From contig CAKQDU010000001.1 in the NCBI GenBank assembly GCA_934229625.1, forward strand, positions 83,078-147,077: a DNA stretch of 64,000 nucleotides. The letters are read 5' to 3'. The notes under the pieces are model-generated. The model was not told the origin of the DNA. It searched no databases and worked only from the letters and a program-made list of their open reading frames with translations. Below, piece by piece: positions 37,472 to 48,836 of the stretch. The translations under genes and the position numbers were made by a program. Within the stretch, counting starts at the first letter, position 1. Every line of letters begins with the position of its first letter. Source of the DNA: an uncultured Alphaproteobacteria bacterium. Its GTDB lineage: Bacteria > Pseudomonadota > Alphaproteobacteria > RF32 > CAG-239.

Positions 37472-38119
37472 ATGAATAAAAATGTTAAAAACAGGCAGTG
37501 CAGCGGTCGCTCAATGATAGAAATGCTGGGGGTACTATCTATCATCGGCGTGCTGAGTGTCGGCGGTATTGCCGGTTATTCCAAAGCTATGCTGAATTAT
37601 AAATTAAATAAATCTGTCGAAGCACATCGCGATGTTATATTTGGTCTAGTTCATTATAAAGATAGGCTAAAACCGGCAGAAGGTCAGAATTTAATCAATG
37701 AAGAAGTGGCATCTTTAGGACTTAAACCTAATAATTGGCGCAAAGATGGTGTTTATCTGATTGATGATATGAATAACACGATATTTATTGGTATTTATGG
37801 CGATGATAAACATATAGGATATGAAATCAGAATGCCTGCCAGAACGATTTCTCATAATGCAGATGGAAAAGTAGTGCAAAGCTATCCTTATAATTTTTGC
37901 GTGACAGCTATTAAACAACTGATTATTCCGTTGTCGGAAATGATTGAGGAATTTTCTTTTTATAGAACTAAAAGCGGTTGGGATTCTTTTTATGGCAGTA
38001 AATTTTGTGGTAAAGATTGCAAATGCATAAGTCAAATAAATGTTTCTCAGATGTTCGCCGAATGCCAGACTTGCGGTAAATCTGACGGTGAAGGTTGTTC
38101 AATTATCTTAAAATTTTAA
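37472..38119 (+). CDS. type IVb-like prepilin paralog P3 (12-aa leader)
   Basis: MNKNVKNRQCSG then RSMIEMLGVLSIIGVLSVGGIAGYSKAM. C-terminal FYGSKFCGKDCKC...CQTCGKSDGEGCSIILKF. RBS AGGAGG. Confidence 0.65.
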   Translation: MNKNVKNRQCSGRSMIEMLGVLSIIGVLSVGGIAGYSKAMLNYKLNKSVEAHRDVIFGLVHYKDRLKPAEGQNLINEEVASLGLKPNNWRKDGVYLIDDMNNTIFIGIYGDDKHIGYEIRMPARTISHNADGKVVQSYPYNFCVTAIKQLIIPLSEMIEEFSFYRTKSGWDSFYGSKFCGKDCKCISQINVSQMFAECQTCGKSDGEGCSIILKF

Positions 38120-38297
38120 ATGATTGATAAGATATATATTGATGCAAAATCGTCTGGTGGCTTAGGTTGACTTAATTTATTGCGAAGCGGTTAAATCTTT
38201 GAAACATATTTTATATAATAGCCATTTGTCGCATAATGTTTATTATGTATATTTAATGATACTAAAAAGCCATCAGCAGCTGAATTAATCTATAATT

Positions 38298-39878
38298 TTA
38301 CAACAAAGAAGCTCTAATTAACTGTTGTGTGTATGGTTGCTGCGGTTGCTCAAATATCTGTTCTGTTGAGCCTTGTTCAATAATTTTGCCATTTTGCATA
38401 ACCATAACACGATGCGACATTGCTCGAATTGCAGTCATATCATGAGAAATAAAAATATATGAAATATTATATTTGTTTTGCAGATTCTTCAAAAGCTCTA
38501 TAATTTGGGTTTGAACCGTTAAATCTAAAGCTGACGTTGGCTCGTCCAATATAATAATTTCAGGCTTCAATACCAATGCTCTTGCCAAAGCTATTCTCTG
38601 GCGTTGTCCGCCGGAAAACTCATGCGGATATTGAGATAAAACTGAAATATCTAAATTAACTTCTCTTATTATTTCATTGATTTTATTTATTTTTTCTTCT
38701 TTATTAAGTTTTTTAAAATGCACATTAAGACCTTCCATTATAATTTGTCTGATTGTCATTCTGGGATTCAATGAATTATACGGGTCTTGAAATACTATTT
38801 GTAAATTCTTATTAAAGCGCTGTTGTTTTTTGTTATTATCACCGCTAAATATTTTTACATTTCCACTATGTTTTAATAAGTTAATCATAGCTAACGCCAA
38901 TGAAGTTTTCCCCGAGCCGGACTCTCCGACAATCCCTATTGTTTCGCCTTCTTTTAATTCAAAACTTACGTTATCAACGGCTTTAAAATCAGATATCACC
39001 CTTCCCCATATATTTCTTTTGCGCGGAAATCTGACTTCTATATTTTGCACAGACATAACAACCTTATTTTTGTATTTTTTACGTAAATTCAATAATAAAG
39101 TTGAAGATATTAACCTTTTAGTATAAGCATTTTGCGGATTTTCAAAAACATCTTTTGCTGTTCCATATTCAACTAAATTTCCTCTATACATCACAGCTAT
39201 ATAATCTGAAATTTTGTGAACTAAACGCAAATTATGACTGATGAAAATTATTGACATATTAAGTTTGCGTTTTAAATCCAATAATAAATCAATAATTTGC
39301 TCCTGAATTGTCACATCCAGCGCCGTTGTCGGCTCATCGGCAATCAAAATCTGCGGATTATTTGCTATAGCCATAGCTATCATAACACGTTGCCTTTGTC
39401 CTCCTGACAGTTCAAAGGGATAAGCGTTAATTTTTTGCTCAGGATTTGGAATATTTACTAAATTTAGTAATTCCAAAGTCTTAGCTTTGATTTCAGTTTT
39501 GCTTAAATGTTGATGCAACAGCAAACTTTCTGCAATTTGCGCACCGATTTTATGCAAAGGATTCAGCGATGACATAGGTTCTTGAAAAATAAAAGATATT
39601 TTATTTCCGCGTATTTGTCTGAATTTTTCTTCAGCCAAACCTATAAGTTCCTGCTGATTAAATAAAATTGAGGAATTTTCGGAATGATAAGCTTTAGGAA
39701 ACGGTAATAATCCCAATATAGACAAGGCCGTAACCGATTTTCCTGAACCTGATTCTCCAACAATTCCAAGTATTTTCCCCTGCTCTAAACTTATATTAAC
39801 GTCATTTACAGCACAAAAATCAGTCTGTTTGTTGTTTTTGAAATATACCGATAGATTTTTTATTTTTAATATTTTCAT
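38298..39878 (-). CDS. ABC transporter ATP-binding protein with two fused ATPase domains (YejF/DppDF-like)
   Basis: Two Walker A motifs (GESGSGKS twice), LSGGQRQR signatures twice. Confidence 0.85.
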   Translation of the reverse strand: MKILKIKNLSVYFKNNKQTDFCAVNDVNISLEQGKILGIVGESGSGKSVTALSILGLLPFPKAYHSENSSILFNQQELIGLAEEKFRQIRGNKISFIFQEPMSSLNPLHKIGAQIAESLLLHQHLSKTEIKAKTLELLNLVNIPNPEQKINAYPFELSGGQRQRVMIAMAIANNPQILIADEPTTALDVTIQEQIIDLLLDLKRKLNMSIIFISHNLRLVHKISDYIAVMYRGNLVEYGTAKDVFENPQNAYTKRLISSTLLLNLRKKYKNKVVMSVQNIEVRFPRKRNIWGRVISDFKAVDNVSFELKEGETIGIVGESGSGKTSLALAMINLLKHSGNVKIFSGDNNKKQQRFNKNLQIVFQDPYNSLNPRMTIRQIIMEGLNVHFKKLNKEEKINKINEIIREVNLDISVLSQYPHEFSGGQRQRIALARALVLKPEIIILDEPTSALDLTVQTQIIELLKNLQNKYNISYIFISHDMTAIRAMSHRVMVMQNGKIIEQGSTEQIFEQPQQPYTQQLIRASLL

Positions 39879-40888
39879 CGGTTATTTTTCCTTGTATCAA
39901 AAACATCACGCACGCCTTCGCCAATAAAAATAAGCATTGAAAGCAACCCTGAAAGCACAACAAAAATGCTGATTCCTATCCACGGAGCCTGCAAATTGTC
40001 TTTTCCTTGACGCACTAAATCGCCTAAAGATGGATAATCTGTCGGCAATCCAAGTCCCAAAAAATCTAAAGCACTCAATGATGTTATAGCTTCGGCCATA
40101 ATAAACGGAATAAAAGTAATAGAGGTCACTAAGGCGTTTGGCAGAATATGTCTGAACATAATACGAAAATTGCTAACTCCTAAAACTTGAGCCGCTTTAA
40201 CAAATTCAAAATTTCGTAGTCTCAAAAACTCAGCGCGCACCATACCGGTTAGTCCGGTCCAAGAAAAAAGCAACAAAATAATCAATAAACTCCAAAATGT
40301 CGGTAAAAAAACACTAGCAATAATTATTAAAATAAAAAGCTGAGGCAAAGAATCCCAAATTTCTATAATTCTTTGTAAAATAATATCAGTTTTTCCGCCA
40401 AAATATCCTTGTATGGCACCTATAAATATACCTATACCTGATGAAATCAGAGTTAACAATGCAGCAAAAATCAATGACAATCTGACGCCGTATAAAATGC
40501 GCGCCAACACATCACGCCCCTCCTCGTCTGTTCCCAACCAATGTTTTTTATTTGGAGCCGAAGGTGTCGCGCTTGCTAGATAATAGTCTACAGTATTATA
40601 AGAAAACGGTATCGGAGGCATAATCATCCAACCGTTTTGTTTTATATTTTTTTGAATCAGACTATCGCTATAATCAGCCGAAGTCGGAAAATCCCCGCCC
40701 CAAAATTTGTCTGTATAATCATGAAATATCGGAAAATATATTTCATTTTTATACTTTACAATCAAAGGCTTATTATTGGCTATGACATTAGAAAACAAAG
40801 ACAGAACAAATATTGCCGAAAGCAATAGCAAAGAAACATAAGCTCTTTTAGTTTTTTTGAAAATGCCGTTTTTTTTACTAAAAAACAT
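39875..40888 (-). CDS. ABC transporter permease (YejE/OppC-like)
   Basis: 6 TM helices. EAA-like motif region AAQVLGVSNFRIMFRHILPN. Confidence 0.75.
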   Translation of the reverse strand: MFFSKKNGIFKKTKRAYVSLLLLSAIFVLSLFSNVIANNKPLIVKYKNEIYFPIFHDYTDKFWGGDFPTSADYSDSLIQKNIKQNGWMIMPPIPFSYNTVDYYLASATPSAPNKKHWLGTDEEGRDVLARILYGVRLSLIFAALLTLISSGIGIFIGAIQGYFGGKTDIILQRIIEIWDSLPQLFILIIIASVFLPTFWSLLIILLLFSWTGLTGMVRAEFLRLRNFEFVKAAQVLGVSNFRIMFRHILPNALVTSITFIPFIMAEAITSLSALDFLGLGLPTDYPSLGDLVRQGKDNLQAPWIGISIFVVLSGLLSMLIFIGEGVRDVFDTRKNNR

Positions 40889-40890
40889 GC

Positions 40891-43077
40891 TTATAATCCA
40901 AAATCAATTTCATCGTTTTCTTCTTCTGTTTCATTTGCGTTTTCAGCAGCTTTATCTTTTTCTTCTATTTTTTCTTCTTTTTCTCCTATTTTTTCAACAT
41001 CTTCCGTAAGTTTTGTTTTATCGTCTTCAATTTTATCATTTTCGTTTTTTCCCGATAAATTATCTTCAGAAGGTTGATTGATAATGTCTGTTTCATCCGT
41101 AGTGGATGTTGACGTTTCTATTGCATCTGCATCTTTGAGATTTTCTGTTTTTTTATCATCAGTAGTCTCAAAATGTTCATTTTTTTCAATCAGAAGTTTT
41201 TGATTTTTATTTTCCAGACGTTCTTTGTTTATAACTTTCCAACTTTCAAACCATGTTTCAAAATTTTTGCTGACATTGTCAGAAATATTTAAAGAAAGTT
41301 TACCAAGCTCATTATTCAGATTGCTGACAATTTTTTCATGCACGCCTAAATTAAGTTTTTTATCACATTCGTTTTTGCCATGCAATAATGACAACAATAT
41401 TTGATTTGTACTGCAAAAACGCCAATCAACCGGCTTTTTCTGTAATGTTTTATCAAAAACGGCCATATTTACGGAACGATTAGCAATAAATTCATCATTA
41501 AACATTGCTTCTTTTTCTTTTTTGAAATTATTTACGCTGGATGTTCCTTGTATAACAATCGTTGTGTTATCGAGTAGATTTTTATTGCGCATCTGCTGCA
41601 TAAAATATTCTAGCTCACCATATAAACAGCGAGTTTGCTGCAAATACGCCAGTTGCCGCTGTTGGCTTAAATCATTTTTTATCCACGGAAGGCTCGAAAT
41701 ATCATACCATTCATCTGTTGGTTTAATTTGGCAAAACTCATTATAAATATACATGTTTGACGGCAAATCGACAAACACAAAATAAGCCTGCTGTCCTTTA
41801 TCTTCTTCTATGTTTTGTAATAAAATATCAAAAGTTTTAATGGAGTTAACAACATATAAATTGCTGTAGTCAATTCCCACCATAGGCGCATTATCTAAAT
41901 CGGCAAACTTGGTTAAGAATGAAAAAACAGATGACATATTATTAACAATCTGCATACTAGCCAGCCATTCCATCAACAATATATTCATTTTAGATAAAAT
42001 TGACAGGCGAATATCATAAATATTTACAGGTTGATTTATTTTTTCTATACAACGGTCGACACTAATTTCATGATTGGTATGGCACATATCAAAATCGCGA
42101 GATTTATACGCAGAAATCATATAGTTTTTATTGCGGAAATAATCATACAGACTGTTGTCTTTCAGGTTTATCAATTCATGGCGAATATTAAAGAAACGCC
42201 AATATTCGGAAAGAAGCCTCGTCTTTAAAATATGCTCCGTGCTTAATTTTTTGGAGTCCGGATTTAGCGACAAAGTCATATTATGGAGAAACGAATCTTC
42301 TAATGTAAAAGCTTTTGGATATACCGTAAAATTATTTTTTTGATAAAAACCCTGCATAACGGTTTGTGTGCGAGCTGATTCAGGGTTATTAAATTTAGAT
42401 AAATAAGCATAAGATGACAGATTTGGCAGCATAAAATACACAAAACGTTTATTTTGACCTGTTACCTGTTTATCTGACCGATATGTTTCTAAAAATTCCG
42501 GTGAATTAGGTTGTCCTATATATGATGAATAAATGTGAAAAAACAAAATACCGGACGCGACCATAAATAAAAAGCGTGCAAATAGATTGCCGTAATAAAA
42601 TATGCAATAGCATATCAGAGCAAAAACCAGACCTATTACTGTGTGAACCGGCACAGAAGTTGTACCGATGGAAAGTATTTGCTGAATTGTTGAAAATTGG
42701 CGATATAGCACAAATACCAAAGCAAATGTAACTAATGACGCCACACAATTTTTCAGAATATTGTTAAAATGCACCAAATAAACAATTAGTGATGAAAACA
42801 CCAAAAAACCTAATAAAATTAAAGATACTTCAGGAATTGGAAAGATAGAATCTCTGAAAAGTTCAATATTACCAGAACCCGAAAATAGAATAAAATCTAT
42901 AGAAAGCAAAAATGTAATATATAGCGTTAATATAGAGTTTTCCATAAATGCTTTTTTTAATGGGCTTTGTTTATTGGGGATACCGTGACGGGAAAATCTT
43001 CCTTCTATATCATGCTTCAGAGGTGCCGCAGTATTCTGTGGCACCGGAGAAGTATAATTAAAATCATTCATAAACAT
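40891..43077 (-). CDS. polytopic membrane protein with large periplasmic domain and highly acidic C-terminal tail
   Basis: 728 aa. About 5 N-terminal TM helices, a ~400-aa soluble domain and a terminal Glu/Asp/Lys-rich tail. The architecture resembles EptA/LtaS-type transferases, but catalytic motifs were not confirmed. Confidence 0.5.
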   Translation of the reverse strand: MFMNDFNYTSPVPQNTAAPLKHDIEGRFSRHGIPNKQSPLKKAFMENSILTLYITFLLSIDFILFSGSGNIELFRDSIFPIPEVSLILLGFLVFSSLIVYLVHFNNILKNCVASLVTFALVFVLYRQFSTIQQILSIGTTSVPVHTVIGLVFALICYCIFYYGNLFARFLFMVASGILFFHIYSSYIGQPNSPEFLETYRSDKQVTGQNKRFVYFMLPNLSSYAYLSKFNNPESARTQTVMQGFYQKNNFTVYPKAFTLEDSFLHNMTLSLNPDSKKLSTEHILKTRLLSEYWRFFNIRHELINLKDNSLYDYFRNKNYMISAYKSRDFDMCHTNHEISVDRCIEKINQPVNIYDIRLSILSKMNILLMEWLASMQIVNNMSSVFSFLTKFADLDNAPMVGIDYSNLYVVNSIKTFDILLQNIEEDKGQQAYFVFVDLPSNMYIYNEFCQIKPTDEWYDISSLPWIKNDLSQQRQLAYLQQTRCLYGELEYFMQQMRNKNLLDNTTIVIQGTSSVNNFKKEKEAMFNDEFIANRSVNMAVFDKTLQKKPVDWRFCSTNQILLSLLHGKNECDKKLNLGVHEKIVSNLNNELGKLSLNISDNVSKNFETWFESWKVINKERLENKNQKLLIEKNEHFETTDDKKTENLKDADAIETSTSTTDETDIINQPSEDNLSGKNENDKIEDDKTKLTEDVEKIGEKEEKIEEKDKAAENANETEEENDEIDFGL

Positions 43078-44537
43078 CAGTTATCTAACTTTTCTCTTAC
43101 TAATTTATTAACAATCGCGGGATTAGCCTTACCTTGAGACATTTTTAAGGTTTGTCCGACAAACCATCCAGCCAAATTTGTCTTACCATTTTTGTAGGCT
43201 TCGACATTTGTTGGATTTGAAGCAATTACTTCGTCTATAATAGCCTCAATAGCACCGGTATCAGTAACTTGTTTTAAGCCTTTTTCTTCGACAATTTTTT
43301 CAGGATTTTCACCGGTTTCGCTCATAATTTCAAAAACATCTTTGGCGATTTTACCAGAAATAACTTCTTTACTGATAAGTTCTACCAATTTGCCAAGATT
43401 TTCGGCACTGACAGGGCTATGCTGGATATCCAACTTTTTCTTGTTAAGCATAGCAAAAAAGTCGCTCATCATCCAGTTTGCTACTTTTTTAGCGTCGTGA
43501 CCGGCAGCCGCTTGCTCAAAGAAATCGGCAACTTCTTTATTTTCGCATAAAACAGCAGCATCATAAGATGTTAATCCCAATGTATCAACAAAACGTTGTT
43601 TTTTAGCGTCAGGAAGTTCCACCATTTCTTTTTTGATTTGTTCAATATATTCATCGCTCAAAACTAACGGCGGCAAATCAGGTTCCGGAAAATAGCGATA
43701 ATCATGGGCAAATTCTTTTTTGCGCATTACTTTAGTTTGTCCGGTTGCCGCATCAAACTGACGTGTTTCCTGACATATTTCTCCGCCGTTTTCATATACT
43801 TCAACATGACGTTTTGCCTCGTTTTCAATAGCTTGCATAACAAACTTAACGCTGTTTACATTTTTCATCTCACAGCGTGTACGCAGCTCATCAGAACCAT
43901 ACGGACGGACAGAAACATTGACATCGCAGCGCATAGAACCTTCGTCCATATTACCATCGCAAGTTCCCAAATAACGTAAAATTGAACGCAGTTTACGCAA
44001 AAACGCTCCAGCTTCTTCCGGCGCACGAAAATCTGGTTTAGTCACAATTTCCATCAATCCAACGCCAGCGCGATTTAAATCAATAAAACTCTTATGCGGA
44101 CTCAAATCATGAATAGATTTTCCGGCGTCTTGCTCAATATGCATACGCTCAATGCCTATCACCTTTGAACTGCCATCACTTAAATCAATGCGTATATTGC
44201 CCTCGCCGACAATCGGAAAACGAAACTGCGTAATCTGATAACCACTTGGTAAATCGGCATAAAAATAGTTTTTGCGCGAAAATTCAGAATATTTGTTGAT
44301 TTTAGCATTTAAACCCAAACCTGTTTTAACCGCTTGATGTACACATTGTTTATTCAATGTCGGAAGCATTCCCGGCATACCGGCATCAACAAAAGACACA
44401 TTGACATTCGGGTCATCTCCAAATTCAGTTGATGCTCCGCTGAATATTTTAGATTGGGAAATAATTTGGCAATGAATTTCCAAACCGACAACAATTTCCC
44501 ATTTGCCTTTGGCTGTTTCAATAATATATTCCGCCAT
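43077..44537 (-). CDS. gatB: Asp-tRNA(Asn)/Glu-tRNA(Gln) amidotransferase subunit B
   Basis: Start set at MAEYIIE with AAGGAA SD. GatB/YqeY C-terminal domain. Confidence 0.9.
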   Translation of the reverse strand: MAEYIIETAKGKWEIVVGLEIHCQIISQSKIFSGASTEFGDDPNVNVSFVDAGMPGMLPTLNKQCVHQAVKTGLGLNAKINKYSEFSRKNYFYADLPSGYQITQFRFPIVGEGNIRIDLSDGSSKVIGIERMHIEQDAGKSIHDLSPHKSFIDLNRAGVGLMEIVTKPDFRAPEEAGAFLRKLRSILRYLGTCDGNMDEGSMRCDVNVSVRPYGSDELRTRCEMKNVNSVKFVMQAIENEAKRHVEVYENGGEICQETRQFDAATGQTKVMRKKEFAHDYRYFPEPDLPPLVLSDEYIEQIKKEMVELPDAKKQRFVDTLGLTSYDAAVLCENKEVADFFEQAAAGHDAKKVANWMMSDFFAMLNKKKLDIQHSPVSAENLGKLVELISKEVISGKIAKDVFEIMSETGENPEKIVEEKGLKQVTDTGAIEAIIDEVIASNPTNVEAYKNGKTNLAGWFVGQTLKMSQGKANPAIVNKLVREKLDN

Positions 44538-44538
44538 T

Positions 44539-45993
44539 TTATTTCCTTTCAAACTTTGCATCGGCTTCAATTTTAGCCGCAACATTGAATATTGTTCCCT
44601 CATCAAAAGGCTTGCCAATCAGCTGCATGCCATAAGGCAATCCATCTTTAGACAAACCAATCGGCAAACTAAGTGCCGGTAGTCCGGCTAAGTTTATAGA
44701 AACGGTGAACACATCATTTAAATACATATTTATCGGGTTGTTTTTCATGCTTTCATCACCGATTGGAAAAGCGGTGACAGGCGATGTCGGAGTTAGAATA
44801 ATGTCGCATTGTTTAAAAGCATTTAAAAAGTCATCATGAATTAAACGGCGCATTTTTTGAGCTTTAATATAATAAGCATCATAATAACCGGCAGACAAAA
44901 CATAAGTGCCAATCATAATACGGCGTTTTACCTCAGCTCCAAAACCTTCTGTGCGGGTGTTTATATAGAGCTTGTCCAATGTTTCTCCGTCTTTGCGCAA
45001 ACCATAGCGAATACCGTCATAACGGGCCAAGTTTGAAGATGCTTCGGCTGGCGCCAAAACATAGTATGTTGCCAAAGCGTATTTTGTGTGAGGCAAAGAA
45101 ATTTCCACAACTTCGGCTCCGCGGTCTTTCAAATAGGCAGCAGCCTTATCCCAAAACGCACAAATTTCAGGATTCATTCCTTCAGGACGATATTCTTTAG
45201 GCAGACCGACTTTCAAACCCTTGATATCTTTACCTAAAAAACTAACAAAATCAGGAACTTCTTTATTGCAAGATGTGGAGTCTTTAGCATCATATCCGGA
45301 CATGCTTTGCAATAAAAGCGCGCAGTCTTTAACATCTTTGGCAATAGGACCGGCTTGGTCCAATGATGAAGCAAAAGCTACAATACCATAACGAGAGCAA
45401 CGTCCGTATGTTGGTTTTATGCCTACACAACCGCAAAAAGCAGCCGGCTCGCGAATAGAACCTCCTGTATCGGTTGCGGTGGCGCCGGCACACATATTGG
45501 CGGCAACGGCAGCCGCAGAGCCGCCGGAAGACCCACCGGGAACCAAGTCTACATCTTTGCTCCACGGATTGATAACCGGACCGAAATAGCTTGTTTCATT
45601 GCTTCCGCCCATAGCAAATTCATCCATATTCAATTTGCCTAAAAAGATGGCGCCGTTGTCAAGCAATTTTTTTGTTACCGTAGATTCATACGGCGGAATA
45701 AAATTATCCAAAATGTGAGAACATGCTGTTGTGCGAATATTTTTTGTGCAGAATAAATCTTTGACACCCAGAGGTATTCCTTCTAAAAATCTATTTGTTC
45801 CATCAGCATAATGTTTATCGGCAATCTGCGCTTGTTCCAAAGCCTGAGCGCCGCATTCTGTCACATAGGCATTATAGCGTTTACCTACTTTCATATTTTC
45901 CAAATAAGCTTCTGTCAGCTCAACGGCGCTGAACTCTTTGTTTTTTAGCTTATCTATGGTTTCATGAACAGTTAACTTAGTAATTTCTTTCAT
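44539..45993 (-). CDS. gatA: Glu-tRNA(Gln) amidotransferase subunit A
   Basis: Amidase signature [13 protein letters not shown], 484 aa. Confidence 0.9.
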   Translation of the reverse strand: MKEITKLTVHETIDKLKNKEFSAVELTEAYLENMKVGKRYNAYVTECGAQALEQAQIADKHYADGTNRFLEGIPLGVKDLFCTKNIRTTACSHILDNFIPPYESTVTKKLLDNGAIFLGKLNMDEFAMGGSNETSYFGPVINPWSKDVDLVPGGSSGGSAAAVAANMCAGATATDTGGSIREPAAFCGCVGIKPTYGRCSRYGIVAFASSLDQAGPIAKDVKDCALLLQSMSGYDAKDSTSCNKEVPDFVSFLGKDIKGLKVGLPKEYRPEGMNPEICAFWDKAAAYLKDRGAEVVEISLPHTKYALATYYVLAPAEASSNLARYDGIRYGLRKDGETLDKLYINTRTEGFGAEVKRRIMIGTYVLSAGYYDAYYIKAQKMRRLIHDDFLNAFKQCDIILTPTSPVTAFPIGDESMKNNPINMYLNDVFTVSINLAGLPALSLPIGLSKDGLPYGMQLIGKPFDEGTIFNVAAKIEADAKFERK

Positions 45994-45996
45994 TTT

Positions 45997-46284
45997 TTAC
46001 TCCACAACCTTTGGCACCGCAAAATAATCATATTCTTTATCTGGAGCATTGGATAATACAGCTTCCTGATAATTTCCGTCTGTAATTTCATCTTCTCGCA
46101 AACGCAAAGTTGAGTCATTAACAGAGATTAAAGGCTCAATATTATCAGTATTTACCTCATTGAGTTCTTCAATCCAACTCAGAATTTTATTAAATTCTTC
46201 TTTTGTCGCTTCTATTTTTTCGTCATCAACTCTCAGACGAGAGAGAAAAGCCACTCTTTTGACGGTTTCATTATCTATAGCCAT
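45997..46284 (-). CDS. gatC: Glu-tRNA(Gln) amidotransferase subunit C
   Basis: 95 aa, positioned immediately upstream of gatA. KRVAFLSRL pattern. Confidence 0.8.
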   Translation of the reverse strand: MAIDNETVKRVAFLSRLRVDDEKIEATKEEFNKILSWIEELNEVNTDNIEPLISVNDSTLRLREDEITDGNYQEAVLSNAPDKEYDYFAVPKVVE

Positions 46285-46301
46285 TGCTTTTTTACCTCTG
46301 T

Positions 46302-48059
46302 TTACATATTTATTTTTATCGGCAACATTACAGTATCATATTGTAAGCATTTGAAAAGTTTTAAATTCGTGATATCAACACCGCTTTGTTCTATCAATTG
46401 TTCTGCACTTATGCTTCCGGTATCGGCAATCAAATCACTCAGTTTTTCACCGAAACTTTTTGCTTTAGGATAAGATGTTATTATAATATTTTGATTTTTA
46501 TCAATTTTTCTTAATTCCATTGCTTTAATAATAGCTTCTGAGCTGCCGCCAAATTCATCAATCAATCCCAAAACAAGAGCCTGCCGTCCTGTCCAAACCC
46601 GACCGCGGGCAATTTTATCCATCGGCTGAGTTAGTTTACGATTTTCTGCAACTTTTGCCGTAAAATCATCATAAACATCATCTAAAGATTTATTAAATAT
46701 CTTTTTTTCCGAATCGTTAAAATGCCGGTTGGGACTTAATATACCGGCATTATCGCCAAAGTTTAGTCGATTCCAATTAATTCCCAATTTTTTCCATAGT
46801 TCGGAAAATACAATTTTTCCGCCCAAAACCCCGATAGAACCTGTAATTGTCATCGGTTCGGCAAAAATATAGTCGCCGGCCAATGAAATAAAATAGCCTC
46901 CGGATGCCGCATATGCCGATTGAGATACAACAACCGGAACTTTTGCAGTTTCTTTTAACTGTTTTAGTGCAAAATAAATTTCATCTGCCGCATTATAACT
47001 GCCTCCCGGACTGTTAATCCGCACAACAACGGCTTTTAGGTTAGGCAGTTTTTTAATTTCATTTATATCCTCAATAACATTTTGACTGTTTATTACATTG
47101 TTTTGCCTGATATTATTTTTGTTATCATCATCAATTATTTCTCCAGTCAAATTCAACATGGCAATAGTCGGCAAATCTCCGCTGTTAGAATATAATCCGG
47201 CAGCATAATCGCGTATATTTATAAAATGTTCCGCTCCGTCTTCTTTTTTCAATTTATCTTCAAGCTGAGACATATACATAATACCGTCAATCAGTCCGAG
47301 TTTTAGTCCTTCATCTGCAGTTAAAGGTGCTTTATTTATAATATTTTCAAACGAATCTTTCAGTTTGCGGTTTGCCGAAATATCTAATTTAAGCTCTCCC
47401 ATCAAACTTCCGCCCAAATTATTCATTTCTTCGGCATAAGCTTTAGAAATCTTAGAATCCGTTAATGATGCCATAGCGTTTTTATATTCATAACGAGAAT
47501 AAAATTCCGGAGAAACCCCTATTTTATTCAGTAGATTTTTTAAAAACGGAATTTCTATGCTTATTCCCGTCAATCCTATATAAGTATGCGGCTGCATATA
47601 GATTTGTTTGAAAAATGAAGCTAAATAATATTCGCTGCTTCCCTGCCCTAAATTTCCGAATCCTTGCGAAAAAACAACAGTTTTTTTGCCGGTACTATTA
47701 AATTTAACTATAGTTCTTGCCACATCTTGCAATTGCGCCGGTTCTAAATTTATGTTATTTATTTTGACAATTATTCCGTTAATATCATCATCATTTGCCG
47801 CAAATTCCACAGCTTGAAGCATTTTAAAAAATGATATAGGTTTTTCATCCGTTAACTCTGTTAAAATTCCCGTATTGTCAGATTCGTTAAAAGGTTTATT
47901 GAAATCAATTGTTAGAAACGAATTTTTTTCTACAGGTTTTGGATATCGGTTTATTATACCAAACACCAACAGACCGATAAGGCTGATTAACGTTACAGCG
48001 CCTACAGTAATACATAGAACTTTGACAAAGTTTTTTATTTTATTCAAAATAACAAACAT
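46302..48059 (-). CDS. sppA: signal peptide peptidase SppA (67K type)
   Basis: 585 aa, N-terminal TM, tandem ClpP/crotonase-like domains with SQSAYAASGGY serine motif. Confidence 0.8.
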   Translation of the reverse strand: MFVILNKIKNFVKVLCITVGAVTLISLIGLLVFGIINRYPKPVEKNSFLTIDFNKPFNESDNTGILTELTDEKPISFFKMLQAVEFAANDDDINGIIVKINNINLEPAQLQDVARTIVKFNSTGKKTVVFSQGFGNLGQGSSEYYLASFFKQIYMQPHTYIGLTGISIEIPFLKNLLNKIGVSPEFYSRYEYKNAMASLTDSKISKAYAEEMNNLGGSLMGELKLDISANRKLKDSFENIINKAPLTADEGLKLGLIDGIMYMSQLEDKLKKEDGAEHFINIRDYAAGLYSNSGDLPTIAMLNLTGEIIDDDNKNNIRQNNVINSQNVIEDINEIKKLPNLKAVVVRINSPGGSYNAADEIYFALKQLKETAKVPVVVSQSAYAASGGYFISLAGDYIFAEPMTITGSIGVLGGKIVFSELWKKLGINWNRLNFGDNAGILSPNRHFNDSEKKIFNKSLDDVYDDFTAKVAENRKLTQPMDKIARGRVWTGRQALVLGLIDEFGGSSEAIIKAMELRKIDKNQNIIITSYPKAKSFGEKLSDLIADTGSISAEQLIEQSGVDITNLKLFKCLQYDTVMLPIKINM

Positions 48060-48824
48060 TTACATTTCCTTATCTGCAATCATTTTTTTGACATAAGGAT
48101 ATTTTTTCACAGCTTCGGCATTTAGTTCTGCACATTTATTTTCTATAGTATTCTGCAATTCGGTCATAAATTCTTCTTTGGTCTTATTTTTGGCGCTTAT
48201 TGGCGGTAAAAATTCAAACACAGCGGTTCCAGAATAGCGCATAAATGAATTTTTTGCCCAAAACAATCCCGTGTTGATGGCAACCGGAACAACAGGCAAA
48301 TCCAAATTTTCCGCTAAAAAGAAAATACCCGATTTATAGCCTTTGGTCGTTCCGGGTTTGCAGCGTGTACCTTCCGGAAAAATAACAACCGGACGACCGG
48401 TATCTGTTTTCTTTTTTACTTCGGATAACATATGTTTCATAGCGCTTGCTCCGCCTTTGCGGTTTATGGGTATCATTCCGTAAAAGTATTGCGCCCAACC
48501 AAAAAACGGCAAAAAAATCAGCTCGCGTTTCAAAATATAAGTTGTCGTTGGTGAAAATTGCGTAAAGGAATATGTTTCCAGCGCTGATTCATGTTTACAA
48601 GCATACAAAACATTGCGATGACGGATATTTTCAGCGCCGCGCACTTCAAGCTTTATGCCTCCGAACACGCGTACCCAAAACAAAGCCACAGGCATAACGA
48701 CCTTATCCCAATATTTAATCGTAACTTTTTGCGGCAATAAAGCCAGAGGCAGCTGAATTATACAGCCGATACCCAAAGTTCCGAAAAAAAAGATATTAGT
48801 CAATAAAGAACGAATAAACAACAT
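48060..48824 (-). CDS. lysophospholipid acyltransferase (PlsC family)
   Basis: CKHESALE (HX4D/E variant) and VIFPEGTR motifs, N-terminal TM. Confidence 0.75.
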   Translation of the reverse strand: MLFIRSLLTNIFFFGTLGIGCIIQLPLALLPQKVTIKYWDKVVMPVALFWVRVFGGIKLEVRGAENIRHRNVLYACKHESALETYSFTQFSPTTTYILKRELIFLPFFGWAQYFYGMIPINRKGGASAMKHMLSEVKKKTDTGRPVVIFPEGTRCKPGTTKGYKSGIFFLAENLDLPVVPVAINTGLFWAKNSFMRYSGTAVFEFLPPISAKNKTKEEFMTELQNTIENKCAELNAEAVKKYPYVKKMIADKEM

Positions 48825-48836
48825 ATTGCTTTCTCC

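Noticed and set aside
43077-44618. ORF-track start of gatB at 44618, giving an 80-nt overlap with gatA
   Set aside because: An internal Met (MAEYIIE) at 44537 is preceded by AAGGAA SD and abuts the gatA stop. The extension is almost certainly not translated.
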